From positions 1 to 64,000 of IMG/VR virus record IMGVR_UViG_3300042198_000079: 64,000 nucleotides of DNA; one strand, given 5' to 3'. Each line of letters begins with the position of its first letter. The first letter of the stretch is position 1. Below, one piece after another: positions 28,702-38,556 of this stretch. A program made the position numbers and the translations under genes. The notes under the pieces are model-generated. The model searched no databases. It was given only the letters and a program-made list of their open reading frames with translations, and was not told the origin of the DNA. This stretch comes from a virus.

Positions 28702-31401
28702 TCAAACGGGTTTATTTTCTATTTTAGTAGAAATTACATATGAAATATTATTCGCCGCAGGACGCGATCTCGATTTGTGATCTGTAACTCTGAAGGTGTC
28801 ATTATTTTCTAATCTATAAAGCGGGTGAATACTGTTATAATTATTAATATTTGGTTGATAAGAATTATTTTGGAGATAATTTTGCCCTATATATATACTA
28901 TTATCGTTTTCTGTGTTTAATGTAATAACATGATTCGACTGCTTATACGGAAGAAAATTAGCAAAATAATTATCTGTCCCAGATTCTGAGATATAAAAAA
29001 CCATTATTATATTTTTAGTTTGGGGGAGGTATTCATTTAAAATATCTCTACCCGAGGTAAAGTCGGACGGTTCGCCGACATATATAAATGTAAAATCTTT
29101 TCTATTTTCATAAATTTTACTAGAAGGAACATTTTTTTTGTCAAATGCTATTACAATTTTGTGATATCCATCGTCTCCTCCTATTATTGTCGGTATAATT
29201 AGTCTGTTATTGTATCTACCCCCATATTTGAAATCTGTTAATTCTAAACTAAAAGATGTATTTGAAGTTTTGGGTTTTGATTTTACAAATTGTTCAGGAA
29301 CAGGATTTTCTGACATATAATTATAAAACATTCTTTTTAATAAAATACCCGTAATACCCAATTCTTTTGAAATATCATATATTATTTTATCGCTATTTTG
29401 TTGAGTTAAAATAGAACTAACAATTAAAGACATTCTCCTTTTTAAATCTGATTCATCGATTTTTGTAAGAAATTCAGAAAATTTCCCTTTATATTTTGGC
29501 AAAATTTCCTTATTTATAAATTCATTATTCACATAATACGAATCCTTACCTTGTGCTAAATCTTTTAAAAAATCTACAAAATTGCTATAATCATCCTTGG
29601 TTGGTTCTATATGTTTAAGAAAATAAGATGCTATTTTTGCATATTTTTCATAAACTGGGTTGTTCTTAACTAAGTCATTTAATTTTTTAGGAATATCTAC
29701 TTTTAAATCACCATACAAATCTGAATTATAAAGTAATTTACCAAGTTGTAAATTTGGTTTTAAACCTTTCATATCTGTTGCTTTTAAACCAATGCTTATA
29801 TTTCCTATTGATTCTTTTATCGTATTTTCAGGTTTATCTAGTAAATTAAACTCTGCAAATATTTCTTTTGCTATTTCTTCGGTTATCTCTGATTTTATTG
29901 CATCGTCTTCTTTTTTCGGTTTGAAAAAATAATTAATTTTATCCAAAAAGCTTTTCTTAGTTGGTTTGTATAAAGACGAAGAAAAAGAACCAGTTATAAT
30001 AGGAATAGAACTTGGATTTATTCTAGTGTTATATATATATTTGAAATGACTACCGTCTTCAGAAACATCATGAAACATTCCTATTTGATTTTCTGGACTT
30101 AAAATATTATTCATGAATTTTACAACATTTACTATTCTTTTAATGGCAAATCCAGTTATATCAGTATTATATTTTTGGTTTAATTTTGTTGCGAATTCGA
30201 TTTCTTTATCTAAAGTTTTTGCAGTAATCGTCGAAGGAGTTTCAGATGTAGGAACAATAGTATTATCGTTTTCTAAATAATATTTATAATGTTCTTTTAA
30301 ATTTAAAAATTTTGATATTGGATATATAATATCAGAATCATCGATCAAATTCCACAGTGCTGACAATTGAATGAAAAAATCTTTAGGTTTATCTGGCAAT
30401 TTATAATTACCCAGTATATTAAGTCGTACTCCTAAATCACCACTATAAGCTTCTTCATAGAATTTTTCGTTACATGTACGTAAATGTTTAATAATTGATT
30501 CTTTATATCTTTCCTTATATTCTCTAGTAAAAATATTATCAAGTTCTTCAAACATTTCTTGTTTATCTTTACCCTCATAGTTCACAGGTCTTTTTTTACC
30601 AAAAGCATAAATAAAAAGCAAAATAAGACCCCACCAATAACGGTTTACTTCTTTTTTCAAAAAAGTCGAAGTTCTTTCTTCTAATTGTTTTTTTAGTTTT
30701 TCTAATTCATTTTGCAATTCTGGTATTTCATCATCTAAATCTGATTTCTCCTTTTTTATTTTTTCTAATAGGTCTGTTAATTCCTTTAATTGTCTTGTCA
30801 ATCCATCAGAAATTGTAATGTCATTAGTAGAATCGGGAATTTTTGTTTTTAATTGTTCAATTTCTAATCTTACTCTAGCTATTTCAGCTATAATTTCATC
30901 TTGTCTATTTAAACCAATATTTATATTATTTTCTATTACTTCAATTTCACGATTTGTTGTAACTATTTTATTTTTATCTATTCTGCTTTTATTATTTTTA
31001 TCTACCCATGATCTGAAATGTTCTTTCATTTCGTCATACCTGTTTCTATTTTGCCATATAAACAAATAACATTTTTTCAATAAACCTTTCATGGTATCTT
31101 TATTTTGAATCAAACTCCATATTTTAGAATCTTCGCTTTTTATATGATTTATCATATCCTGTAATCCTTTATCGTCCGATAAAATCGTATCAAAAGAGTT
31201 ATTAAACGAGTTTTCGTTTGTTAAACTATTAATATAATCTTTTAAAGTAGGTAAATTATATAATACGTTTAAAACTCTTTGAAAATTATGATTGTGAGAA
31301 TAATTATTTCTTGTTCTGAATGTTTCTATTATATTGTCTATGGAATCGATCTTAGGTTTTGATGCCGCTTCTGTTATATATTCATACAAATAAGATTTCA
31401 T
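28702..31401 (-). CDS. 899-aa coiled-coil protein with a YITE/A leader; probable head-internal protein
   Basis: MKSYLYEYITE; TAAATA-N6-ATG; hydrophobic segment YWWGLILLFIYAFG. Confidence 0.7.
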   Translation of the reverse strand: MKSYLYEYITEAASKPKIDSIDNIIETFRTRNNYSHNHNFQRVLNVLYNLPTLKDYINSLTNENSFNNSFDTILSDDKGLQDMINHIKSEDSKIWSLIQNKDTMKGLLKKCYLFIWQNRNRYDEMKEHFRSWVDKNNKSRIDKNKIVTTNREIEVIENNINIGLNRQDEIIAEIARVRLEIEQLKTKIPDSTNDITISDGLTRQLKELTDLLEKIKKEKSDLDDEIPELQNELEKLKKQLEERTSTFLKKEVNRYWWGLILLFIYAFGKKRPVNYEGKDKQEMFEELDNIFTREYKERYKESIIKHLRTCNEKFYEEAYSGDLGVRLNILGNYKLPDKPKDFFIQLSALWNLIDDSDIIYPISKFLNLKEHYKYYLENDNTIVPTSETPSTITAKTLDKEIEFATKLNQKYNTDITGFAIKRIVNVVKFMNNILSPENQIGMFHDVSEDGSHFKYIYNTRINPSSIPIITGSFSSSLYKPTKKSFLDKINYFFKPKKEDDAIKSEITEEIAKEIFAEFNLLDKPENTIKESIGNISIGLKATDMKGLKPNLQLGKLLYNSDLYGDLKVDIPKKLNDLVKNNPVYEKYAKIASYFLKHIEPTKDDYSNFVDFLKDLAQGKDSYYVNNEFINKEILPKYKGKFSEFLTKIDESDLKRRMSLIVSSILTQQNSDKIIYDISKELGITGILLKRMFYNYMSENPVPEQFVKSKPKTSNTSFSLELTDFKYGGRYNNRLIIPTIIGGDDGYHKIVIAFDKKNVPSSKIYENRKDFTFIYVGEPSDFTSGRDILNEYLPQTKNIIMVFYISESGTDNYFANFLPYKQSNHVITLNTENDNSIYIGQNYLQNNSYQPNINNYNSIHPLYRLENNDTFRVTDHKSRSRPAANNISYVISTKIENKPV

Positions 31402-31499
31402 TTTTTATATTTATCTATTTTAAAACATAAAAATCACAATTAACAAATCATAAACATAGTTTACTATAAAATATTTTGTAAATTATAAATAATATTATA

Positions 31500-31922
31500 A
31501 TGGTAAGTTGGGGTTCATTTAATTCTCAGGTTAGAACTAATGTTTTTGAGATAAACTTTATTAGACGTTTACCTCCTCCTCCGGGGTATGTCGGGACAAG
31601 AAGAATGTTATGTACCAGATCTAAAGAATTATTAGATTCGCCTTGGGGAAGAAAATTTTTAAACTATACCGTTCCTAGTGGAAAATTGCCATATGATCCG
31701 TATCAAAAAAATCTTGTTATTGTTTTTGATTTTATGCGTCAGGACTGGAGAGCAGTTCCGTGCGAATCATGTAATATAGTAACAACAATATCTATTAAAA
31801 ATGACGAAGAATTGAATAAATTTTATTTTGATTGGTTTGCTTTTTTACGCAGAATGGGAAATGGTGCCCAGTTTAAAAATTGGATGAATAGCACATGGAC
31901 TCAATCTACGTGGAACATTTAA
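31500..31922 (+). CDS. SH3/Sm-like barrel protein (WYL_2/DUF2693-like)
   Basis: FEINF...TRRMLCT...LVIVFDF..QDWR pattern. Confidence 0.7.
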   Translation: MVSWGSFNSQVRTNVFEINFIRRLPPPPGYVGTRRMLCTRSKELLDSPWGRKFLNYTVPSGKLPYDPYQKNLVIVFDFMRQDWRAVPCESCNIVTTISIKNDEELNKFYFDWFAFLRRMGNGAQFKNWMNSTWTQSTWNI

Positions 31923-32741
31923 TTATATTTCATTTTCTACACCAACAATTTCAACATCGTCTGGATTGAAAATAACTACATTTCTTGTTATTTTTGGGAT
32001 GGGATTTGATTGAGTCGGTCTTGAGTTTGCATCTGGATAAATTATTCCTTTGATACCGTTTTTTAATAAAAATAAAGAAGCAGCTTTGGGTTTGTTATGG
32101 CAATACCCTTCTAACAATCCTCCGTTTTCTTTTGGTATGGAAAAAGATTCTTTTATACCTTTGTATATTTCAAATCCACTAGATTCTTCTAAAATATGTA
32201 TGTTAGATGTAACATAATTCATTCCTCTTTCTATTTGATTTTTGTAACTAGACAATACTGTTTTAACAAATTTGGTTTGATCCTCAAAAAGATCAAACCA
32301 TTTTAAAAATTCATCTTCATTTGCTTTGATTTCTACGATATATAATTTTCCTGCGGGAGGAGCGAACAACTCGTTTGGAAGAGATTCGACATATTTTATT
32401 CCATCTGTTAATCCTGCTTTTTTTAAATAATCTATAATACGATCTTTGCTCCAGTGTAATAAAATAAAATCCCATATTATCATTTTAGGATAATCTTGAG
32501 AAATATTAAAAAATTCATACCATTCTATACCAGCTACTTCTCTATATTTGTATTCTTCTTTATGTGCTTGTTGTATATAACTAGCGGCAACGGATTTATT
32601 TTCGGCAAAATAAAATCCCCAACCAAATGCTTGTGCGCCTTCACCTGAACCTATTTTGTCATAAACGAATTTTTTTTCATCAAATGGAACTGCCGAACCA
32701 TGATATGCTCTTTCGTTTAACCATTGTTTAAATGTTTCCAT
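31923..32741 (-). CDS. ADP-ribosyltransferase-like protein of the polyvalent-protein type, with targeting leader
   Basis: METFKQWLNE-RAYHGS...KIGSGEGAQAFGWGFYFAE...G.LY.V...GIKGIIY.D...NVVIF. Confidence 0.75.
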   Translation of the reverse strand: METFKQWLNERAYHGSAVPFDEKKFVYDKIGSGEGAQAFGWGFYFAENKSVAASYIQQAHKEEYKYREVAGIEWYEFFNISQDYPKMIIWDFILLHWSKDRIIDYLKKAGLTDGIKYVESLPNELFAPPAGKLYIVEIKANEDEFLKWFDLFEDQTKFVKTVLSSYKNQIERGMNYVTSNIHILEESSGFEIYKGIKESFSIPKENGGLLEGYCHNKPKAASLFLLKNGIKGIIYPDANSRPTQSNPIPKITRNVVIFNPDDVEIVGVENEI

Positions 32742-33610
32742 TTTTCTTCCTCCAGAGCTTTTTGAAAATCGTCTAAATGGTTGGGCCATACATATTTCAA
32801 TATATTCTCAGTGTTCATATTTTTAAAAATATTTATCACTTGTTTTTTAGACAACTTAATTATTGGGTTGGCGAGTAGTCTGTCGATAAAAATATCAAAA
32901 TCAAATTTTTCTCTTGGTTTCAGAACTCTAAAATTATTTTTATTTAAAGATTTCGGTTTAAGATGGGAATATTGTTTTAAAAATTGCTTTGGTGTCAATC
33001 TAGTATATTTGGTATCTCTGTTCACATATTTATTTGGAGTGTCGTTAACCCATATTGCTTTTATAGAATTGTTGTTTAGTTCTCCTGTAAAGAGTGCTTG
33101 ATATTCTGACGAAAAATATAGAGATTGTGCTAACTCTGGTCTATCGCTATTTTTAATAGAATCATATTTGCTTTTTGATGCAATATTTCTAATTCTTAAT
33201 CTTTCATGTTCTCTTTTTTGATCATCGCCAAAAAAGAATTGTGCTGGTTGACCTTGGATGGTATGATTGCCCTCCGGCCAAACAGGTGCCTCTAGATCAG
33301 AAACTCTGGAGCTAAATTCTATTATATAATTTCCAAATTCTTTTACCGTTCCCAAATCTATACTTACGAATAAACCTTTTGGGTTGTTATCAGCTTCATA
33401 TGAATATATTCTTCTTGCTGTTTCCTTTCCGGTTAATCCAAAATCTAGGAATTCAAATAAATCACTTACTCTATTAAAACCGTGATATACTGTTATAACA
33501 TCTGAATCTTTTAGCGGTTCTAATTTATCAGTAGAAATATATGAACCATTTCGTTGTCGTCCAACTTTTATTGTTTTTGATTCTATTAGATAATTTTTAA
33601 AAGATATCAT
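32717..33610 (-). CDS. Second ART-fold-like protein with targeting leader
   Basis: MISFKNYLIE; VYHG...GL.G...GLFVS.D...FG..IIEF...E.QALF. Confidence 0.55.
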   Translation of the reverse strand: MISFKNYLIESKTIKVGRQRNGSYISTDKLEPLKDSDVITVYHGFNRVSDLFEFLDFGLTGKETARRIYSYEADNNPKGLFVSIDLGTVKEFGNYIIEFSSRVSDLEAPVWPEGNHTIQGQPAQFFFGDDQKREHERLRIRNIASKSKYDSIKNSDRPELAQSLYFSSEYQALFTGELNNNSIKAIWVNDTPNKYVNRDTKYTRLTPKQFLKQYSHLKPKSLNKNNFRVLKPREKFDFDIFIDRLLANPIIKLSKKQVINIFKNMNTENILKYVWPNHLDDFQKALEEEKWKHLNNG

Positions 33611-33646
33611 TATAATTATTTAATATTATAAGAAGTTTAAATGTTT

Positions 33647-33925
33647 TCATTTTTTCTTACCGTATCCGCAATCTCTTGGACATTTCCCTCCACTGCACTT
33701 TCCATTACATTTCCATTTTCTTCTGGAAAGTTGATTAGGGCTGCATTTTCCTTTGTCTTTTATTCCGGCACTACGAGTACAATATCTAACGCCTTTACAA
33801 GTTCCGGGAGCGATTGTATAATCTTTGTGACCATGACTAACTGTTTTTCCTCCGCATTTTGTTTTCCACTTCTTTTTGGATTCGTTTAACATGGAATTTA
33901 AGTAATTGTTAAATTTTGTAAGCAT
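33647..33925 (-). CDS. Small basic Cys-rich protein with leader
   Basis: MLTKFNNYLNSMLNE-S; YCTRSAG...SRRKWKC motif seen in small phage proteins. Confidence 0.7.
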   Translation of the reverse strand: MLTKFNNYLNSMLNESKKKWKTKCGGKTVSHGHKDYTIAPGTCKGVRYCTRSAGIKDKGKCSPNQLSRRKWKCNGKCSGGKCPRDCGYGKKK

Positions 33926-33977
33926 AATTATATTTATTTATCGAGATTAAAAAATAATTTTAATAATTTTGAACTTT

Positions 33978-34544
33978 TTATTTTGTCGTGACTTTATTAT
34001 AATCTGGATTACGTGCTTTTATTTCTTCTGTATTGTCTTCGTCTTCTATTACAAAACCTGCTCTAGTAATTGCGATTTTATTATTATTGATTCTTAAATT
34101 AATATTATCTTTTTTATCGAGTGACACAGAAGGTCTAGAAACAACAAACTGAGGATTGTGATTCATTCTGAAATGTTTCAATATTTCTATTCTTGTATTT
34201 CTTATAATTTCTAATTCATCTTTTCTGTCTTCCCTATCTTCGCATCCATTTAAATTTGCATCCATAGCCCAGAAAGTGTGATTTATTCTTGTGGATATTT
34301 CATATTTATCCAACTCCTTGTCGTCGGGATATAATTCAAATTCTATATGTACATGGTTCCTTCTGCGAGTTTTTCCCTTATATACAAATTTAGTATTTTC
34401 CTTTCTATTATTATCATTACCAAATATAACACATGAACCTGTTTTTTTAGTAACTTCTATATTAATTTTATTTGGTGTTTCAAATGTTGAAACATCAGAT
34501 TCATTTAACATGGAATAAAAATATTTGTTAAATTTTTCAAACAT
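33978..34544 (-). CDS. Hypothetical protein with leader, paralogue A
   Basis: MFEKFNKYFYSMLNE-S; near-identical blocks to 34613-35182. Confidence 0.75.
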   Translation of the reverse strand: MFEKFNKYFYSMLNESDVSTFETPNKINIEVTKKTGSCVIFGNDNNRKENTKFVYKGKTRRRNHVHIEFELYPDDKELDKYEISTRINHTFWAMDANLNGCEDREDRKDELEIIRNTRIEILKHFRMNHNPQFVVSRPSVSLDKKDNINLRINNNKIAITRAGFVIEDEDNTEEIKARNPDYNKVTTK

Positions 34545-34612
34545 ATAGTTATTTAGATAAACCTATAAATAAAAATATAACACTGAGCTAACATAAAAAA
34601 TCATCTTCTTTG

Positions 34613-35182
34613 CTATACTTGTGTTTTATAATTTGGATTGCGAGCTTTTATTAAATGCGCGTTTTCTAAGTCATCTAAGATACTTTCCGGTTTATCTTCT
34701 ATTACAAAACCTGCTCCAGCAATTGCGGTTTTATTATTATTGACTCTTTTTAGAAAATCTCGTCTTTCTTCTTCACTCATTTGGAAAGCGGGTTTTGAAA
34801 TAACAAACTGAGGATTATATTTCGTTCTGAAATGTTTTAATATTTCTATTCTTGTATTTCTTATAATTTTTAATTCTTCTTTTCTATCTTCCTTATCTTC
34901 ACAATTTTCTAATGCATTAGAACCAACAGATCTATAAGCACCATTTATCATTGTAAATATTTCATATGTATCTGGTTCTTTATGTGTATCTAGTAAAAAT
35001 TTTACTATTATGTAATTACCTCTTTTAGTTTCTCCATCATAGAGGTAATACGTGCCATATAAATTTGTTTTTAATTCTATTTTTATTTCAATTTCATCTA
35101 ATATTGTATCATTTTCATCTAATATTGTAAATGTAGATTTATTAAAAAAAGACTTGAGATAATCGTTGAATTTTTTTAACAT
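34613..35182 (-). CDS. Hypothetical protein, paralogue B
   Basis: Shares CED.EDRK.EL.IIRNTRIEILKHFR...NPQFV.S.P, AGFVIED and IKARNP with paralogue A. Confidence 0.75.
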   Translation of the reverse strand: MLKKFNDYLKSFFNKSTFTILDENDTILDEIEIKIELKTNLYGTYYLYDGETKRGNYIIVKFLLDTHKEPDTYEIFTMINGAYRSVGSNALENCEDKEDRKEELKIIRNTRIEILKHFRTKYNPQFVISKPAFQMSEEERRDFLKRVNNNKTAIAGAGFVIEDKPESILDDLENAHLIKARNPNYKTQV

Positions 35183-35229
35183 ATCATTATTTAAATTTTA
35201 ATCTTTAGACGAAGATTTGCTTCAACTTA

Positions 35230-35928
35230 TTAATGAGGATGTTCAGGAAATACCCTCAACACTATTGGATTGGACTTCGGATTTACTAATTTATCTTTAA
35301 GTTCTTCATCTTTACTTAACATATCGAAAAATTTTTTCCCTACAGGAGTTCTACTAGAAGTTTCTATTTTTTTTACTTTTGGATATTTTTGTATTACGCT
35401 TTTAATCATATTTTTTCCTATATCGTTTTTCTGCCATTTATCACGAACACTAATCATATCAATATAAAACAAATCTTCCGTGATATTTCCTTCTATCAAT
35501 CCTAAAATGTTTTTTTGTCCCTTTCTATCGTTATTCCAAACATCGGTTATTGGATTTCTTGATCCTTTAGGGACAATTTTATACGGAATTTTTCCTTCTT
35601 TTAATTCTTTTGCGGATTCCTCTGTTTTCATAAAATAGATAAGGGAATATCCTTTTGCAAAAAAACCGCTGTCCTCATCAATTCTAAAAAGAACTATATT
35701 TTTTTGTAACATCTCTGGTGTGCAATCTTTGAGGGCTATTTTTTTCCCCGATTCGTCATCGAAATATGCTTTTTTATTTTTACGATTAATATAAAAATCT
35801 GGCATTTCTAATAAAAATTGATTAATGTAATTGTTAAATTTTTCCATCATAAAAATCTCATTATTTTTATTAGAATTTTTTATTTTGTAATTATCGCCAA
35901 AAGGAGCGGTTCCTCTAAATGTTTTCAT
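35230..35928 (-). CDS. GNAT-family acetyltransferase-like protein
   Basis: FYIDMISVRDKWQKNDIGKNMI (motif A) and GKKFF; internal EKFNNYINQFLLE leader; TAAATA-N5-ATG at 35928. Confidence 0.7.
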   Translation of the reverse strand: MKTFRGTAPFGDNYKIKNSNKNNEIFMMEKFNNYINQFLLEMPDFYINRKNKKAYFDDESGKKIALKDCTPEMLQKNIVLFRIDEDSGFFAKGYSLIYFMKTEESAKELKEGKIPYKIVPKGSRNPITDVWNNDRKGQKNILGLIEGNITEDLFYIDMISVRDKWQKNDIGKNMIKSVIQKYPKVKKIETSSRTPVGKKFFDMLSKDEELKDKLVNPKSNPIVLRVFPEHPH

Positions 35929-35984
35929 ATTATTATTTAGTATTAAAAACACAAAACACTAAATACTAAATACTAAATAATACT

Positions 35985-36632
35985 ATGTACGATTACTTAC
36001 GAGAAAGTTATTTGGAACAATTTAATCACGAAACTACTGTTAAAAGAGATTTAGATCTTCTTGTTAAAGAAGCACATCAATATTTTAACGGAAGTAAATA
36101 TTATACAAAACAATATAATTTCCTTTTAAAGAAAATGTTAGAAGGAACCAAATTTAATATGTTTAATGCTAGAGATTTGGGATATCAGACTATGGATATG
36201 ATAACTGAAGGAACCGCTTCTCGTATTAACGAAATCAACAAAAAGATATGGAATTATATCCACGAAAATATTGATAGTCCTTCTCGTAGACATGCATATT
36301 CGGAATGGTATAGAAATTTTAATGAAAGTTACACGATCTTATAAGCTACGCAGAAAGAATTTGGCCGGGGTTTTGACAAATTCAAAGCCAAACTAGAAGA
36401 AATTATAAACTAATTAGGAGATAAAGAACAAGCAATAACCAAACTTGAGGAACTTAATATGTTGAGTTATGACCTAGAAGATTTAGAATTTTTCGCTAAA
36501 ACGCTTGGAGGTCATCGTGCAAGCGAACGGATATCAAACGCATATCAAATCCCACGAAATGAAGAAACGATAAAACAATATGCGGTGAACGAAATTTCAA
36601 ATTACGTTTTTAAAAAAGTGGTTAGGGGATAA
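35985..36632 (+). pseudogene. ORF interrupted by two in-frame TAA codons (36342, 36411)
   Basis: Protein-like reading continues past both stops (ATQKEFGRG...*LGDKEQAITKLEEL...VVRG*); triple TAAATA upstream. Confidence 0.5.
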
Positions 36633-37046
36633 GCCAATTTCTTTGTTAAATAACTCGATATTTGTTATTGTTGATTTCAGCATTAAGCACTTTCCGCCCA
36701 TCCATACTTCTTTATTCTCAGTAATACGAGGAAAAGTTTTCGTATCATATAATTTAAATTTATTTCTTTGTGGGTCTAGGTAATTATTTAATATATCTAA
36801 CAGAGAGATTCCCGATAAAATTTCCTCTATGATTTTTAGGGCATCTTTGTCAAATATATAGGTATCTTTGTCAAATATATAGTGACTATTTCTTACGATT
36901 TCTTCTAACCGTTTTTTCATTATTTCATTTTCCTTAATCTTTAACAATATTTCATTAGTTTTTTCGATATTTTTTAAAAAATTTATTCTAAATTCGCTAT
37001 TATCTTTTTCATAAAATGAAGAACTACGAGCATTGTATGGAGACAT
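36597..37046 (-). CDS. Hypothetical protein, possibly frameshifted from a start at 37126
   Basis: 149-aa ORF with an EVW motif; upstream out-of-frame leader MNSLPMFDNFVDGLILRES. Confidence 0.6.
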   Translation of the reverse strand: MSPYNARSSSFYEKDNSEFRINFLKNIEKTNEILLKIKENEIMKKRLEEIVRNSHYIFDKDTYIFDKDALKIIEEILSGISLLDILNNYLDPQRNKFKLYDTKTFPRITENKEVWMGGKCLMLKSTITNIELFNKEIGLSPNHFFKNVI

Positions 37047-37255
37047 ATTAATTTATTCTTATCTTCTATCGATTCTCTTAATATGAGACCATCAACAAAA
37101 TTATCAAACATCGGAAGACTATTCATAATTTATACTTATACGAAACAATCGAATATATAAAAAAACAGATTTGCCTCCTTCAAAACTCTTAGACGAAAAA
37201 CGCCCAAACGATGCGTTTTTAAAGATTGTGGATATGCTGTATGGAAAATTATAAT

Positions 37256-37993
37256 CTAGACTAATTGATTTATAAATCTCAATACAGATTCAAACAAATA
37301 TTGGGTTTTTTCATTAGAATCTTTTGGAAGTTTTTCCAAGGCTTTTTCTAAATCATTATATGCATTTATAACTTCTCTAGTCTCGTCGAATTCTAGGATT
37401 CTGCCTTTTGATTCTAAGATTCCTTTAACAAAGGCAGAATGACATGACGGACTCGCCACCACATCCATAGCGACTAACTGAAAATCACTTACAATAGCTC
37501 CTCTAGAAGATTCGTCTATTTTTCCTAATGCTCTGGTGCTAACACCGAATCCCCCTCCCCCGTTTATAATACCTTTTAATATTTTGCCTTTTGGCGTTTC
37601 GGTTAAAACTCTTGATTCTCCTATATAAAGAGTAGATCCACTTTTTGAATTTTCTTCTTCTCTTAAATTTAAAATATATGCACATGCAGTTTTTAATGAA
37701 ACTTCTGTAGTTGGTGGGTGTTCTAGTGCTTGATAAGAAGTTTTTGTATTTATGGAATTTTCAGTGTACAATTTAACTTGTTCGCGAGCTTCGTTAGTTT
37801 TATAAATTCTACCGTTTCTATTTGCTTTGGCATTTCCTAATTCTATAGATCTTTCGTCATATGATTCTGCGTATGGTCCTTTTATTTTTAAAATTCTCGG
37901 CTCAGACGAATTTGATTGTTCAGTGATGATTTCAAAATCATCTCTAGAAAATCTAGGTTTCAAATCAATAACTAAATTAAACTTTTTATCCAT
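37256..37993 (-). CDS. gp21: Prohead maturation protease, gp21-like
   Basis: NRNGRIY, LEHP, TPKGKIL, GVSTRALG and DVVASPS...AFV.GILE motifs. Confidence 0.92.
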   Translation of the reverse strand: MDKKFNLVIDLKPRFSRDDFEIITEQSNSSEPRILKIKGPYAESYDERSIELGNAKANRNGRIYKTNEAREQVKLYTENSINTKTSYQALEHPPTTEVSLKTACAYILNLREEENSKSGSTLYIGESRVLTETPKGKILKGIINGGGGFGVSTRALGKIDESSRGAIVSDFQLVAMDVVASPSCHSAFVKGILESKGRILEFDETREVINAYNDLEKALEKLPKDSNEKTQYLFESVLRFINQLV

Positions 37994-38043
37994 TATAGAT
38001 ATTATTTATATTAGTTTATATTAATAATCTAATAAATACACAT

Positions 38044-38523
38044 ATGTTGAACAAATTTAATAATTATTGTGAAACTTTTCTTGGAATTATTTGGAGAACA
38101 AACCGCGATGAAGACGAAAACGACTATCCAGAAGGTAGAGACGATAGAGAAGTCTTACCTAGTCAATGGTGGGGATTTTGGCTTTTGCCAGATGGAAAAC
38201 TAAGACCAGTAGGAATGATGCAACACCAAGAAGCGGGACGCGACATTTATAAAAAGATAAATCCAGAGGGACTCCATAAAGATGCTTTAAATGAAAAAGC
38301 AGAAAAATTAACAATTGTAGATTTTTTAAAAATGGGTTGGGCACTTTTAAGAATAGTAATAGATGGAAGTAATAATTATAAAACGATATTTTGTGATTAT
38401 GATAGTAGTAAAGGATTAGACAGTTTGCAAAATAAAGCATTAACGGGTTTACGGAAAGAATATAAAATATCAAAAATTATAGAAAAAGGAATAGTTCCAG
38501 AAAATGTATACGGGATAAAGTAA
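38044..38523 (+). CDS. Hypothetical protein with KFNNY leader
   Basis: MLNKFNNYCE; GFWLLPDG...H...GW motif; TAAATA-N5-ATG. Confidence 0.7.
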   Translation: MLNKFNNYCETFLGIIWRTNRDEDENDYPEGRDDREVLPSQWWGFWLLPDGKLRPVGMMQHQEAGRDIYKKINPEGLHKDALNEKAEKLTIVDFLKMGWALLRIVIDGSNNYKTIFCDYDSSKGLDSLQNKALTGLRKEYKISKIIEKGIVPENVYGIK

Positions 38524-38556
38524 TAATATTTTTAATTATCGCAATAAATATTATTG

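Noticed and set aside
35985-36632. Genome-wide stop-codon reassignment
   Set aside because: Coding density is high under the standard code and TAA, TAG and TGA all end conserved genes; the internal TAAs are local lesions
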